A stretch of DNA of 64,000 nucleotides from positions 65,472,001 through 65,536,000 of the forward strand of contig NC_043000.1 in NCBI RefSeq assembly GCF_006345805.1, given 5' to 3'. Every line of letters begins with the position of its first letter. Positions within the stretch are counted from its first letter, which is position 1. The notes beneath the pieces were generated by a model. It worked only from the letters and a program-made list of their open reading frames with translations, ran no database searches and had not been told where the DNA came from. The position numbers were made by a program, and so were the translations under genes. This document shows, piece by piece, positions 13,421-25,825 of the stretch. Origin of the DNA: Octopus sinensis. Its lineage: Eukaryota.

Positions 13421-13707
13421 CCGAATCTTGGATCTTCTGATGAAAGTTTTTCGCTATGAAACACCAAAGTATTTTCTTGTGTTCCAACTATTTTGTCTTT
13501 TCTTGTGTTGAATTTTGAGCCTTTCACTTTGTTAATTTTCGGTTGAAGGAAACCTTTCTTCGTTAATATTTTCTTTTTTTCTTCCTCGGGGGAAATCTTA
13601 TTAACCATAGGTCTGTGGACTCCAAAGGAATGTTTTCCTTTGCACAAACAAGCCTGAGGTCTCGACCGAGTACCAATAAACAACATCGTCCTTAAAAAGA
13701 CAGCCAT
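13421..13707 (-). CDS. MRM3: MRM3/RNMTL1 coding exon 1 (aa 1-95; basic N-terminus consistent with a mitochondrial targeting peptide)
   Basis: ATG at 13707-13705; MAVFLRTMLF...SEDPRF then GG|GTTAGC donor (intron starts 13420); 287 nt, phase 2, matches the exon 2 acceptor. Confidence 0.88.
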
Positions 13708-13760
13708 GCTTGCTTAATGTACGTGACCGGACACTTCCGGGTGCTCTTTAGGTTTGGTTT
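13708..13760 (-). promoter_or_regulatory. Putative MRM3 proximal promoter/5'UTR with ETS (GABP/NRF-2-type) site
   Basis: ACTTCCGG at 13733-13740 (CCGGAAGT on the gene strand) about 30 nt upstream of the ATG in a locally CpG-richer patch; the motif is typical of nuclear-encoded mitochondrial genes. Confidence 0.5.
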
Positions 13761-13920
13761 TTTCATGTACGCTCTTCTGTCATCTGAACGGTTTGTTTAG
13801 TTATTTGTGTTGGTTATATTTACTCTAAAGAAATATACTTGTTTTATCCTAATCATCTTACCAAAATTAATTACTACCTGTATTATTTTTTTTATTAATA
13901 TCTAAAATGAAATATAATTT

Positions 13921-14570
13921 GTAGGTTGACAGAATTCTAGTTTAGGCACTCGACATAGCCCTTCATAACATTCAAATTTTTTTTTTGAATTTTCAGAATT
14001 TTTTTGCGAATTCGTATTCTACACACGGGAATTCACACGTTTGTGCATAAAAAATGTGTGATTTAGACTTTCATTTCATAATTTTTTTATGGCTTGTAAT
14101 TTTCAGAAAATTTTGTGAATTTGTGTTTTTTTATACGGGAATTCTCACTATTATGATATATATAAATTGTTTTAACCCTCCCTCACCCCATAAATCCTAA
14201 AAGTTTTATTAAAAGAAAAATTTTAATCAGAGTTTAAAATATGGACAGTATAAATTTTTTCCTTAAATCCCAGCACTGTACCACCCTTGGTAGCATTATC
14301 ATTCCATTAAATGTGTTTATGTGAAGAAAAAAAACTGAAAAACACCAAAAATGCCAGTGACAAAGAGACGAGGAAGGTATCAGGTGGTCGTGAGATGTGC
14401 TAAATCTAACTGCTAAATCCTCCTTAAATCACACATTTTTTTTTTTGCCTAATCGATGAATCCCCGTGTGTGGAACAGGAATTCGCAATAATTTTCTGAA
14501 AATTCAAAAAAAATAAAAGAAATGTTACGAGGGTTGTATGGGGTGTTTAAACCAGAATCCCGCTTGTTGG
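13921..14570. repeat. Inverted pair of an unclassified AT-rich repeat just upstream of the MRM3 promoter
   Basis: 13921-14033 matches the reverse-complement of 14460-14570 (TTTTGAATTTTCAGAA...GCGAATTC...CACACGGG); partial extra unit 14080-14150; another copy 22170-22400. Confidence 0.7.
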
Positions 14571-14719
14571 TTTTGTAAACAAGAACCGGTTCACTTGTTT
14601 TTCTATGAAATGTATTGCATTCGTGTTTATACTAAAAATTTAACCAAGTTTTATTAACATTTCTAATAACAGTTTACATTAAGCACAGTAGGAAGTAATT
14701 CTGTTATGTCCTTTTAAAC

Positions 14720-15170
14720 ATTATATAGGTAATTCAACATACAGCATTCTGCAGGTAATCTTGAAGCTAAAACCCTGGGAAAAGCAGCTAAATAACGTCA
14801 GTAACATCATTGAGGTACTAACGATGACAAAAATTTGGTTGTCAGCAGCACTTCGAAAGTCACAGGTTGCAAAAAAAGATTCCCCAGCAAATTACTATAT
14901 TTCAAAATATTTCCCCGTTCGGCTATGGGCGCAACAATCCCCTTCTGTATTTGCTGGAGCAAAAGAACCAATTAACATTTCGTATAAGGCATCTACTTCT
15001 AGCCCATGAGTAAAGAAAAGCCTATCAGATTTCTTCCTATTGTCGATGGACAATTCAGCTGGCTCCAGAATTAAGGGGATATTTATTTTGGCTAGGGCTA
15101 GTTTTATGTTAAGACGTCTGATTAATTTATCGTGTTTGACGAAATGAGAGGCAGAATCATCCACTATGAG
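14720..15170 (-). mobile_element. CRE-clade LINE RLE endonuclease remnant (old)
   Basis: HDKLIRRLNIKLALAKINIPLILEPAELSIDNRKKSD...SFAPAN aligns with the CRE H..LN.II..AL....IP..LEP.GL...DGKRPD pattern. Confidence 0.7.
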
Positions 15171-16539
15171 GTTTCTTTATTCACCAATTTATCAATATTC
15201 ATAATGATTTCGAAAAAGTCTCCCCACAAATTAAATGCACAATACCCACCTCCAAAAACAAACAAACAAAAAATCAATATTGATAATGAATTCGTTTGGC
15301 TAAACACATTTAAAGCTGTTTATTTTTATTGACTAGAATAAATCGTTTGCTTTAGTTCATTACTCTGAAAGAAAATGAAATACAAATGTGCATAACTATG
15401 AAATATCCAACTAAACGTACAGTAAGGACCGACGGTGGGTGAGGTGGGTATACGGAGTGACGCTCTACTTGAAAACCAAATGGTGAAGTCGATATTAATA
15501 TAACTTAACGCGCGACCAAAAATGTTAACTATGATGCCCCTCCACAAAGGAACCTCATATATAAATCCTATATCTATGTCGTCTTTGGTCATGCAGTACT
15601 GGGGGAGACTATTTTCATTGTGCCGCTGATGTTAAGATCAGACATTCCAGTGCATTGCTCACAATCGAGTTTAATTAAAATTTCGGGGTTGCCTCCCTTT
15701 CCTTTCTAAACTTAATGCACTCATTAAGCCAATGACTGTCTTCTCATTACACGTGTAATTTTAACTAGTTAAAATATCTTAATTCACTGATGAAATAAAC
15801 ATCGAGGATGCTTTGCACCACGCAATAACTGTAGGAGCTACTCAGAGATTTTGCAAGCTCTTTTTCTCTTCGGCATTCTCGGTCCCCGGTCCATATCCCT
15901 GCTCACCACTATCGGAGCGGCGATGGCTATCCGCAAGTGTGAGTAATGTGAATCAGAATGGTTATTCCAGTGCATCTCTCTCGCCATCCTTTGGAGCAAT
16001 GTCTTTTCCATTTTGTCTGCTGGAACCACGAGGCGGTCTGAATTACAAGAAATTGTACGTTTCACTCCTTAATGCCAAGTCACTCCATATAAATTTGTCC
16101 TTGATTATCCCGGTAAAACAGGGAAGTAATAGGGAGACTAGATTTTAAATATGTGAACCAACACTTCAGTAAAAAATAATTCCGACGGCAGAATTTCAGA
16201 ATACGTATGTGCAGGCGCGAAAGTACGCACGCACGCACACTTAGAAACAAAAATAGAATTTGTAGGTTTTATTATATCATTGTTTTAGTTTGCAGAATCG
16301 AAATCTCCCTAATCTTGCAAACATAATTTAGAAAATTTTATAAAAACTAGAAAAGTCATTGCTTGTTATGAACTATAGTGAAACTCGAGCAAAAAACAAG
16401 ATATATAAAACATTTCAAAAGATTTCTGCTCTGATTTTGTAAACAGAATCAAACGCATATAAAACATAAATAAACATGACTATTAAAGGATGAATAATAT
16501 CAACAAAAAGCTTTTCCTTCTATGGTGAAGCCGATACTC

Positions 16540-16719
16540 TTTTACTTGTTTCAGTCACTTGACTGTGGCCATGCTGGAGCACCGCCTTTAGTCGAGCAAA
16601 TCGATCCCAGGACTTATTCTTTGTAAGCCTAGTACTTATTCTATGAATCACTTTTGCCGAACCGGTAAGTTATAGGGGCGTAAACATCGATTGTCAAGCG
16701 ATAGTGGATGGGGGGACAA

Positions 16720-16779
<60 letters not shown>

Positions 16780-16945
16780 GACGGGCTTCTTTCAGTTTTT
16801 GTCTACCAAATCCACTCACAAGGCTTTGGTCAGCCCAAGGCTATAGTAGAAGACACTTGCCCAAAGTGCCACGCAGTGGGACTGAACCCGGAACCATGTG
16901 GTTGGTAAGCAAGCTACCTACCACACAGCCACTCCTACGCCTATA
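16540..16945 (-). mobile_element. SINE family A with internal (AT)n
   Basis: Near-consensus full-length copy. Confidence 0.9.
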
Positions 16946-17149
16946 GAATAAATGTTATTTGACAAACTGTGAACAAATCTCCAGTTTTTTTTAAAGACAT
17001 TTTATTAACAACGTATCTTTACAGGAAGAAAAGAAAGAAAAAAATTAAAAGAATAAAACATCAAGTTATTGAGGAATAAAAAAAAACTACCCCAACAAAG
17101 AATAAGAAAAAGTGTGTAGGGGTGGGGATTAAGGAGCAGAAGATGGGAA

Positions 17150-17625
17150 GAGCGGGTAACGGGTAGCACACCCCAGAACAAATGGCATTTTTAGTCGCGC
17201 CTCGTGGACATGATTGCAACGGCGTTGATGCTGAGAATGGCCAGCAACACTCACTGCAACTGACACCCTACCTCGTGGGGCTCATTTCTCAGACGGGCTG
17301 CAATTATCTCGATTTTGTGGAGGAAATCAGAAGTGTAGGGTCCAAGAACACCTGATGTCTCGACGGTGATCGGCACAAACTGATAGCGACCGGCCAGGCT
17401 CCTGTATTTGTTTATCTTCCTCTCGGCGTTATGAATAGCGATACTCGGGTTTGTGGTTGATGCAGCAAAGTTGGAGCCAGAGAATGTTGGGTTCCAGATT
17501 AAAGATCTTCCTCCCGCGCATGGGAAAAGGGTTATTTCGTCGGGGCGCTTGCCATCTCAGCGGCCCAGACCTACTGGCTCCAGTTCTGACGGGACAACTG
17601 CACAAGGGGAATAATTCTGCCATTA
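17150..17625 (-). mobile_element. CRE-clade LINE 3' end (RLE domain plus 3'UTR)
   Basis: EPVGLGR*DGKRPDEITLFP...SLIW; AERKINKYRSLAGRYQFVPITVETSGVLG...LLAILSINAVAIMST. Confidence 0.85.
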
Positions 17626-17799
17626 CCAGAATTATACTTTTTATTTTTACAAAATTAAAATTTTTATTGAAAAAATTTTCTTTTAGAATCATAATTCCCT
17701 TTGTATTGAAAATAATAATCTTATATAATTTAATAATTACATATACACTTACCCCATCGATCCATACTTTCTGTAAATCCTTTATAATTCATGTTAAGG

Positions 17800-19080
17800 A
17801 AGTCTGAAGAATATTTCACTGGTTCACAAGGAAACAGAAATACCAAAATTACACACTATTTCTTTTTGGATGATTTAGAACTTTATGCAAAGATGAAAAA
17901 CTTTAAGCATGAGATGAAAAAGAGCCTTGGCCTAGTTACAACATTCTCAAAGGATGTAGGGCTGGAGTTTGATCAGGATAAATGTTGTCATGTGGTTGTG
18001 AAAAGGAGGAAAACTATAAACCAGATTAGTAACAAGCACACATAATTTCCACATAAACAGTGACGTAGATCGCCTTTACCTAAAACGAAAACAAACTGGC
18101 AGAGACTTAACATCGATCCAAAATGCCTTTGGATGTTATATCCTATCCCTTCGGCAACATCTTTTAACGAGCAAGTGTTGAAGTGCTCCCTTGATCAACT
18201 TTGCATACTTAAGGCTGATAACATCATAAGACTTGGAAGGTAGCTTCTTGAGCAACACTCTTTGACTGACAACCTAGAATGTATGCCCAAAGAAGTCGCG
18301 CGACTCTACCGCAACGTATCATCAGATGAATGGATGACACTCCATTAGAAAATCCGCGGGAAGAATAACCTCGAGGACAAAGAAATAAGAACTCACAATA
18401 TGGTAGAAGCCATAGCCACTCATAATAAAAAGGTATTGGGATAAAGAAGAGAAACTGTGCACAGTTGTGGAAATTAGCTGCACAGCGGATGTTAATATAA
18501 AGCTGAAGATCAATGAAAAAGAGAACACCAATACTGAACTATTGAGAAATCTGCAGTTACCCTAACCAGATCATAAGTTCAGGTTTATACCTGTAATTGT
18601 TGGGGCACTGGGATATGTAATACACTACATAAATACCAATCTTGAGAAATTAGGCTTCTCAAAACCAGAAAGGAGAACACTCAATAAAAAGGAATACTTC
18701 CCAGTGAAGACGTCAATAAAATGTAAGCCCAACAGACCAGATATGTTGATTTGGGATAGAGAAGAGAAACTGTGCACAGTTGTGGAAATTAGCTGCCCAG
18801 CGGATGTTAATATAAAGCTGAAGATCAGTGAAAAAGAGAACACCTATACTGAACTATTGAGAAATCTGCAGTTACTCTATCCAGATTACAAGTTCAGGTT
18901 TATATCTGTAATTGCTGGGACCCTGGGATATGTAACACACTGCCTAAATACCAATCTTGAGAAATTAGGCTTCTCGAAAGCAGAAAGGAGAAAGCTAATT
19001 TGAAGACTATAGATCCAATCCATCACTAGAACTGTAAAAATCTGTAAAATTTTCCAGAAGTTTATCATTTAAATATATAT
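17800..19080 (+). mobile_element. R4/Dong-clade LINE, deleted, with tandemly duplicated RLE segment
   Basis: RT ITHYFFLDDLELYAK...DVGLEFDQDKC; DRLYLKRKQTGRDL; RLE NRPDMLIWDREEKLCTVVEISCP...KEN.Y; 18417-18677 duplicates 18678-18995. Confidence 0.88.
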
Positions 19081-20308
19081 GGGCATGTCTAGATATGCAA
19101 CTATATGTATGAGAATACATATATAAAACATACAAATCTGCACATACATACATACATGTATGCACAATAAGACATACAGAAAAAAGACATTACATAAGTA
19201 TAAGCGATTCAGTTGGAAAAGCAATTAAAGAAATAAAATTTTTATACGGAATTTTCCGAAGAAATAGTTTCATTTTCAGTGTACGGTTATCGAAAGATAG
19301 CCGAGGTTAGGTTTTTGTCGCTGATGTTGGCATATCGATGCTCATAAATAATGTTGCTTGTTGTAGCAATGTATGTATGTGGTGGCGATAGGAAACTTAT
19401 TACTATTTCATATAATAATTTTAGTATTTGTGCTTTTGGATCAAATTGTTATGATTGCTGTTGTGACTAAAGTTACGAACGGGCAGAGCCGTTAGGACAC
19501 CGAACAAAATCTATTAAATAAATCCCGTTCGGTCTGTGTGTGTGTGTAAAATATTATAACAGTGTATTTTTCAACTGATTGCGCTGAAGACGTCACAATG
19601 GGTGCACCAGTTAAATTTCGTGAAAGAGCATATGTAATTGCAGTAAAAATCGATATCATACTAGAATGAATGGTAATCGAACACGTGCATACAAACATTT
19701 CATTCTGTGTTTAATAAATAAGCTGATACAAAAGACAAGACAATTATTTTGAATAAGTAAAAATGAAATAAAATATTAACTTTAACGAATAAATGGCACT
19801 AATTGGCGATCAATCAACTCTGTGAATTCTTACAGCCAAAATTCAATTGACAGAAGAAAACGACAAATTGATTGGTAATTGAACATGGAAATTTGGGTGA
19901 CAAATATCTAAAACTTTAGCTAACAATTTCTTATATAAAACAAAAAATGAGCGGTAGATTTCGACTTTTTCGTGACTCACTTGATTTAACACATACATGC
20001 CCGTTATTTATTTTTTAATTCCATCTCATGAAGAAGAAATATTAGTATCAACATTTCAAACTACGAGTAATTTTTTTATCAGTAAGCATAATTGAACGAT
20101 ATTTTGGCGAATTCTTCTTCTTATTTTTACGAATATTACAGATCAAATTCATTGGTTACATTCTAAAAAAAAACACTATTCGGTTGTTTCTGGTAGCTTA
20201 TTCATCCACAAGTTTTGCTTCTTATCGGTCAACATCGCGTATTGCCGAATCCTATATCCCATTTTTTCCGGTTTCCCGGTTTGCATTCAGTTACAGATTT
20301 TCGATAGG

Positions 20309-20940
20309 ATGCCTCGAAAAGCAAGAGTCACATTGACAGAAAAACAAAAAATGCGTTCCTTGTGTGCTTCGGCGTGCTTGCAATGCCGTTCTACTGCAGA
20401 GCATCACAGCTCAACAAGCAGAATCCCTGCGTGCTCGCGATGCTGCCTCTACTTCAAATAGCCGTACTTTAGAGACTGTTGAACAAAGGGCCACAAAGCT
20501 TGGGGCTGATTCTCAATGTAAAATGCGTTCTCATGTCTTTGAGAGGGATTTTTCCTGTTGCTGGTCTAACAAAAAGCCTCTTATTACAGCCCTCATGAAG
20601 ACTACGCACCACACCCACATATCATCATTGGCAACATAGAATCTATCGGTATATGCTGCTCCAATGAAACTGTTAGCTTCCCTCACTTACAAGTCGGTGC
20701 CGAACCTTTGAACCTTTGCTCAGAGACCATCCAGATTCTAAACGCTGGACCTCAGTACATCATGCTTTTCACATGGACAGCTGTATGTGGGGTGTTCCAG
20801 AGTTGGAAATTCGGCCAATCTCTTCTACTACGCTCCCGAAAGATTGACAAAAAACGTGGTTCACAAGGCAGCCCTCCAATAGTTCTTCCGTTGAGTTGAA
20901 ATCCCCTTCAGGTTGGCCCTTATTTACTCCACACGATAGA
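20309..20940 (+). mobile_element. Helitron RepHel N-terminal remnant
   Basis: MPRKARV...ETVEQRATKL; YSPHEDYAPHPHIIIGNI[deletion]GICCSNETVSFP; LLRDHPDSKR; AFHMDS follow the Helitron order (Y.PE.DY..HP.I.IG.M...CC..GKV.LP...AFQMTS). Confidence 0.75.
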
Positions 20941-21469
20941 TTATATTAATCGTCCATTGCTAAAGTCAAGCATTTTTTCATTTTAATGCACAGCTTCCCA
21001 GATGCCTCAGATAATTTCAAATTGCAATTAAACATATTTCTTAGAGATTGCCTCCATGTCCATAGAAATGTCGTGTATGCATTTTGTACCGATTCTTCAG
21101 TCATCCAGTCAAATAAACGGTATTCCGAACGATAATTTTCCATATGTTTACATTTTAATACCCGATATCAGCAAATAAAATATGTTGCGTTTTGAATACC
21201 ACTTATTTCTGATTTAACGTCTTAACTATGTCAGTTTTAAGCATAGACAGAAACGGAATTACACTATTTTAGACTCCAGTTCTATCACGAACTTACACCA
21301 TTCAATGGACGTGCGCGGGTGTATTAATATATATAGCAGTATTTCTTCTGCTGTGTCGTTAACTAGTTCTCATTGCAACACTGTGGTTTCACGTTCAGTC
21401 CTACTGTGCGGCACTTTAGGCAATTGTCTTCTATGATTGACGGAAACTGTATGGAAGCTCATCGTTTGT

Positions 21470-21506
<37 letters not shown>

Positions 21507-21769
21507 GTTTCCGTAACATGGTTCGGCAAAAACTCTCCGACAGAATAAGGTCCAGACTTAAAAATATATAACTATTGGGGATCGATTTGTTCGACTAAAC
21601 CCTTCAAGGCGGTGCTCCAATACAGCCGCAGTCCAATGAATGAAACAAGTAAATAGTAAACTGCTCCGCCGTTGGTCTGTTTCAGTAATAATTTTGTCGT
21701 TATTTAGCCTCAAATCAACCCTGATACAGCAAACCTATGTCGCTATAAAAACATCTCTGGTTATTAAAG

Positions 21770-22640
21770 AAGGGTTTTGATAGGGAAGTGGACCCGGAAG
21801 TTGTTGTTCGGAAGTTCAGAAGTTGTTGTTTCTTTAGCTCAATGCACGTCATTGATTGGTTAAAATTACACAAACACGACAACTTTAACACGAAATAACT
21901 TCTAAAATACAGAATTTTGTCAAAAATGTTAAGAGTAAACCCTATTCAATGTGACACATTCTACCAGTATCCGAAGTTTCAAAATGTAGAGTTGAAAAAA
22001 AAAAATAATTGAAAAATCTGGCCGTCAAATTAAAAAGGTCCTTCACGTTTTCCAGAAAAAAAAATTTTAAACAAGTTACAGAGGTTTAAAATTTGATTAT
22101 TTTTACCTGGTCAGAAAACAGGATTTGGAAGCTGTTATTTTGTGCTTGACAGCACGTGTTGTCAACTGTAAACAAATGAAATACTGGCGGAATTCTGCTT
22201 TACGCACGTCATATAACCCCTCATAACTTTTTTTATTTTTGGGAATTTTCAGAAAACTCTTGCGAATTTGTATTCTACACTCGGGAATTCATACGATTAT
22301 GCAAAAACCAGAAAAAACCCCAAAAGTTCGTGCCTGATTTAAGGTCTATTTAGTTGTTATTTTTAGCACATCTCGTGATCACCTCATACCGAATGTGCTT
22401 CAAGCATTTAATAAGTGACAAAAAGCACATGTGGTAAGCAGCTTGGTAACAGCTTGGCTTGTTACTATGGAAACAGGCACCTATATGTCTGTGGCGTTCG
22501 ATTGGCTAAAATTACAAAAAAATTGCAAACTTTAAAAGCTATTAACTTTTTATTTATTGATTTATGGCGAAAACGAAGTTCATGTCAATGATTATTTTAC
22601 AAGATTATACTGAAAGCGTATAAGTTCTAGACTGCTAACT
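21770..22640. repeat. Mosaic of unclassified interspersed repeats (probably DNA-transposon derived)
   Basis: Related GATTGG(C/T)TAAAATTACA segments at about 21853 and 22500; contains the repeat shared with 13921-14570; no coding remnant recognised. Confidence 0.4.
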
Positions 22641-22656
22641 TATACACACACACACA

Positions 22657-22725
<69 letters not shown>

Positions 22726-22869
22726 ACACACACACACACACACTCACACACACACATCTCTCTCTCTCTCTCAACATTTAAATTTAATCTGTCAAAATAT
22801 TTTCGTCGCTTTGAGACCGCGACCTGTTCACTGACAAAGCTTCGTGCTGCATCTCTCTCTTTCTCTCTC

Positions 22870-22908
<39 letters not shown>

Positions 22909-22993
22909 AGCGTCAATAATACTTTAATTGTTCCACGTCCTGCGTTGCTGTGTTTTTTTTCTTTTTTCTGTGTTTTCTTGTTTGGATTAACTT

Positions 22994-23030
<37 letters not shown>

Positions 23031-23032
<2 letters not shown>

Positions 23033-23335
23033 AGGCGCAATGACCCAGTGGTTAGGGCAGCGGACTCGCGGTCGTAGGATCGCAGTTTCGATTCCCAGAC
23101 TGGGCCTTGTGAGTGTTTATTGAGCGAAAACACCTAAAGCTCCACGAGCCTCTGACAGGGAGTGGTGGCGATCCTTGTACTCTTTCGCCACAACTTTCTC
23201 TCACTCTTTCTGCTGTTGGCCTGCTCGCTTAGCCAGCGGGGTGGCGTAATTTGAAGGCTAAAACAATGCGAAGCGCATTGTGACCAGCGATGTGTAGCAA
23301 CATCTGATGGCCTGGTCGGTCACGGTGATCATGGT
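23031..23335 (+). mobile_element. tRNA-derived SINE family C
   Basis: GGAGGCGCAATGACCCAGTGG (A-box)...GGATCGCAGTTTCGATTCC (B-box) followed by a non-tRNA body. Confidence 0.85.
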
Positions 23336-23421
23336 GATATATATATATATATATGACCGCGTGTGTATCGTTGACGATTTTTTTCCTCTGTCTTCTCTTC
23401 TTTGGATCTTTCCATTTTCTA

Positions 23422-23492
23422 TATTTCTGACGAAGAGCTCCGCACGAAACGTTAAATCCTCCTTCTTTCTTTCCTTTCCTGAGCGTCCAATA
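23422..23492 (+). ncRNA. Type I hammerhead ribozyme-like fold in a Penelope-type pseudo-LTR (family 1)
   Basis: CUGACGA 23427-33, A, GAGC-ucc-GCAC, GAAA 23446-49, helix III ACGUU/AGCGU, GUC triplet 23485-87, stem I UAUUU/CAAUA; one mismatch each in stems I and II. Confidence 0.55.
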
Positions 23493-23581
23493 ACACTACA
23501 CTAGTTCCACGTCCTCGCGTTGTTGTGTTTTCATGTTTGGATTAACTTTATATATATATATATATATTATATATATATATA

Positions 23582-23656
<75 letters not shown>

Positions 23657-24451
23657 GATTGTATGTATGTATGTATGTATGTATGTGCATACACACGTAT
23701 GTAGCAGCACAAATGAAAGAAAATAGCACCCAACACGTGGTTAGAGTTGTCCGTAGGCGCAAATAAACGTCAACAACCTCAGGTGCACAGAGCCAGAGCA
23801 AATAATATTTTAAGAGAATATTTGAGTTTGCATGGCATAATTCGTGTCACGTGAATATTTTGATAATATTTGGTTGTATATGTGTTCCACGTGGTAGAGG
23901 AGACAATCTATTGGCGTCAGGTAGTCTGTGGTCTGTAGCATTTGGATGTTCGACCACGTCAGTAAGTGACGTACTACAAAATGTTGAGTAACCAGTTTGT
24001 TGGTGTCAGATTACATGGCTACATGTCAGTGTGTGTGTCAAACATAGCTGCGTGGTATAATTGTGATAAAATGCTGACGGGATATTATTTCGTTATGAGC
24101 AAACATAGATTGTATACCTGGCAATTATTCAGTTGTGCTATTGTACATGGCCCTGCTAGAACTAGGGTTGTATTTCCGGATTATCAATGATCAGGGTGTA
24201 TCGTTGGTGACAACAATAGAATAAATCGGTTTTCTTGTTGGTGGATAGATACATTGGTAAGCGGTTGCAATATATATTTAAAATATTCACGGAGGCAGAC
24301 TTGGTAGTTACGAACTCTAGGTAAGCAAAGTGAAGCTCTGTCAAGAATCCTCCAGGTGGTGTTAACAAAGTAATTTTCTTGATTTCGGAAACTGCAGGTG
24401 AAATGAAATAGAGAAGTCAATTTTTCCCTGTTCTTAAACACACACACAAAC

Positions 24452-24496
<45 letters not shown>

Positions 24497-24699
24497 ACAC
24501 GCGCGCGCGCGCACACACACACACACACACACTTGTGTGTGTGGATGTTTATGCATGTATGTAAGTGTATCTTTTATTTCTTTCAGTCTCCAGACGGCAA
24601 CCATAGTGGGGCACCGAATTAACTCTAGTACTTGTTTTTTAAAGCCTTGTACACACACACACACACACACTTACACACCACACCACACACACACGCACA

Positions 24700-24870
24700 T
24701 ATTCAACGGGCTTCTTTCAGTTTACGTCAATCAAATCCATTCACAAGGTTTTTATCGGCTCGAGGTTATAGTAGAAGACACTTGCTCAAGGTGCCACACA
24801 GTGGGACTGAATTCAAAACCAGATGGTTGCAAGCAAACCTCTTGCAACACAGCCACGCCTGTGCCTGTAT
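24700..24870 (-). mobile_element. SINE family A, 5' half
   Basis: CAACGGGCTTCTTTCAGTTT...CACAGCCACGCCTGTGCCT. Confidence 0.75.
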
Positions 24871-25825
24871 GTATGATTGTGCTGGCCCGTTGCCAGACTT
24901 TGGTGCATAAGGATGCTTCAGAATATTCTGGTTGGGCACTAATTTGTAATAATGCTAAAGAGCAGTTTCGAAAATAAGTGTATCCTTATAATTCTGAGAG
25001 TGCACCATTGAATAGTGAAGAGGGAAGACCGCCCAGGGGACCCCTTAGTGACTTGGACGTATCTGTGTACATGCATATATGTGTATACACACGCGCACAC
25101 GCAAACAAACATATGCAAATGGTGTAATAAAGACGAGAGTCATGAATTCAAAAGGTATTCATGCAGTCCGAAGTGTAAAGCACTGTCATATAGTCGTCTC
25201 TGTTAAAACTTTGTTTTACAGAGATGAATATAAAGTATTGTTTTACTCGTAAAACTGTTTAAATACCTTTTTAATCGATGATTCTCGTATTTGTTACGCA
25301 ACTTTTATTGTTTTTCGAATAACCTTTAAAATATGATATGCTTTAATTTCCTTCATAATACGTTGAAAATAATCATAAACAAACAATGTTCGTATCAAAT
25401 GTAAGGAGAGAATTAAGTTCATATTGGTAAAGTGAGAATAAATACGACATACTTAGAAATATTCATGTCTGTCTATGAACACACACAAATATACAAACAT
25501 ACACACACACGCACACATAAAAATCCATTCACACACATATACTTGCATACATAAAGATGCGGCCACACACACACACAGACCTACGCATACACATACGCGC
25601 ACGTGTACACACATACACACATATTGACATACATACATTAATTTTAAGGTAATAAACATATTTTCTTTTGAAAATTGGTATTCATTTCATCATTTTGTGT
25701 AAGCACCAAGAAATCTCATAGAAATTAAATTATTATTATTGTATGTACGCCATATTTCCAACATGTTGGGAAAAGTATACTTCCAAAAGTTACCCATCGT
25801 ATAACAGATAACACTTTAGAGATAA

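Noticed and set aside
15810-16148. ORF with LYVSLLNAKSL, similar to the start of a LINE APE domain
   Set aside because: Single short motif with nothing downstream in frame; too weak to call.
23031-23105. tRNA-like A/B boxes
   Set aside because: No complete cloverleaf; continues into a SINE body. No bona fide tRNA gene was found in the window.
24196-24262. Potential plus-strand micro-exon (CAG|GGTGT...TTG|GTAAG)
   Set aside because: Weak polypyrimidine tract, no homology recognised, no partner exons.
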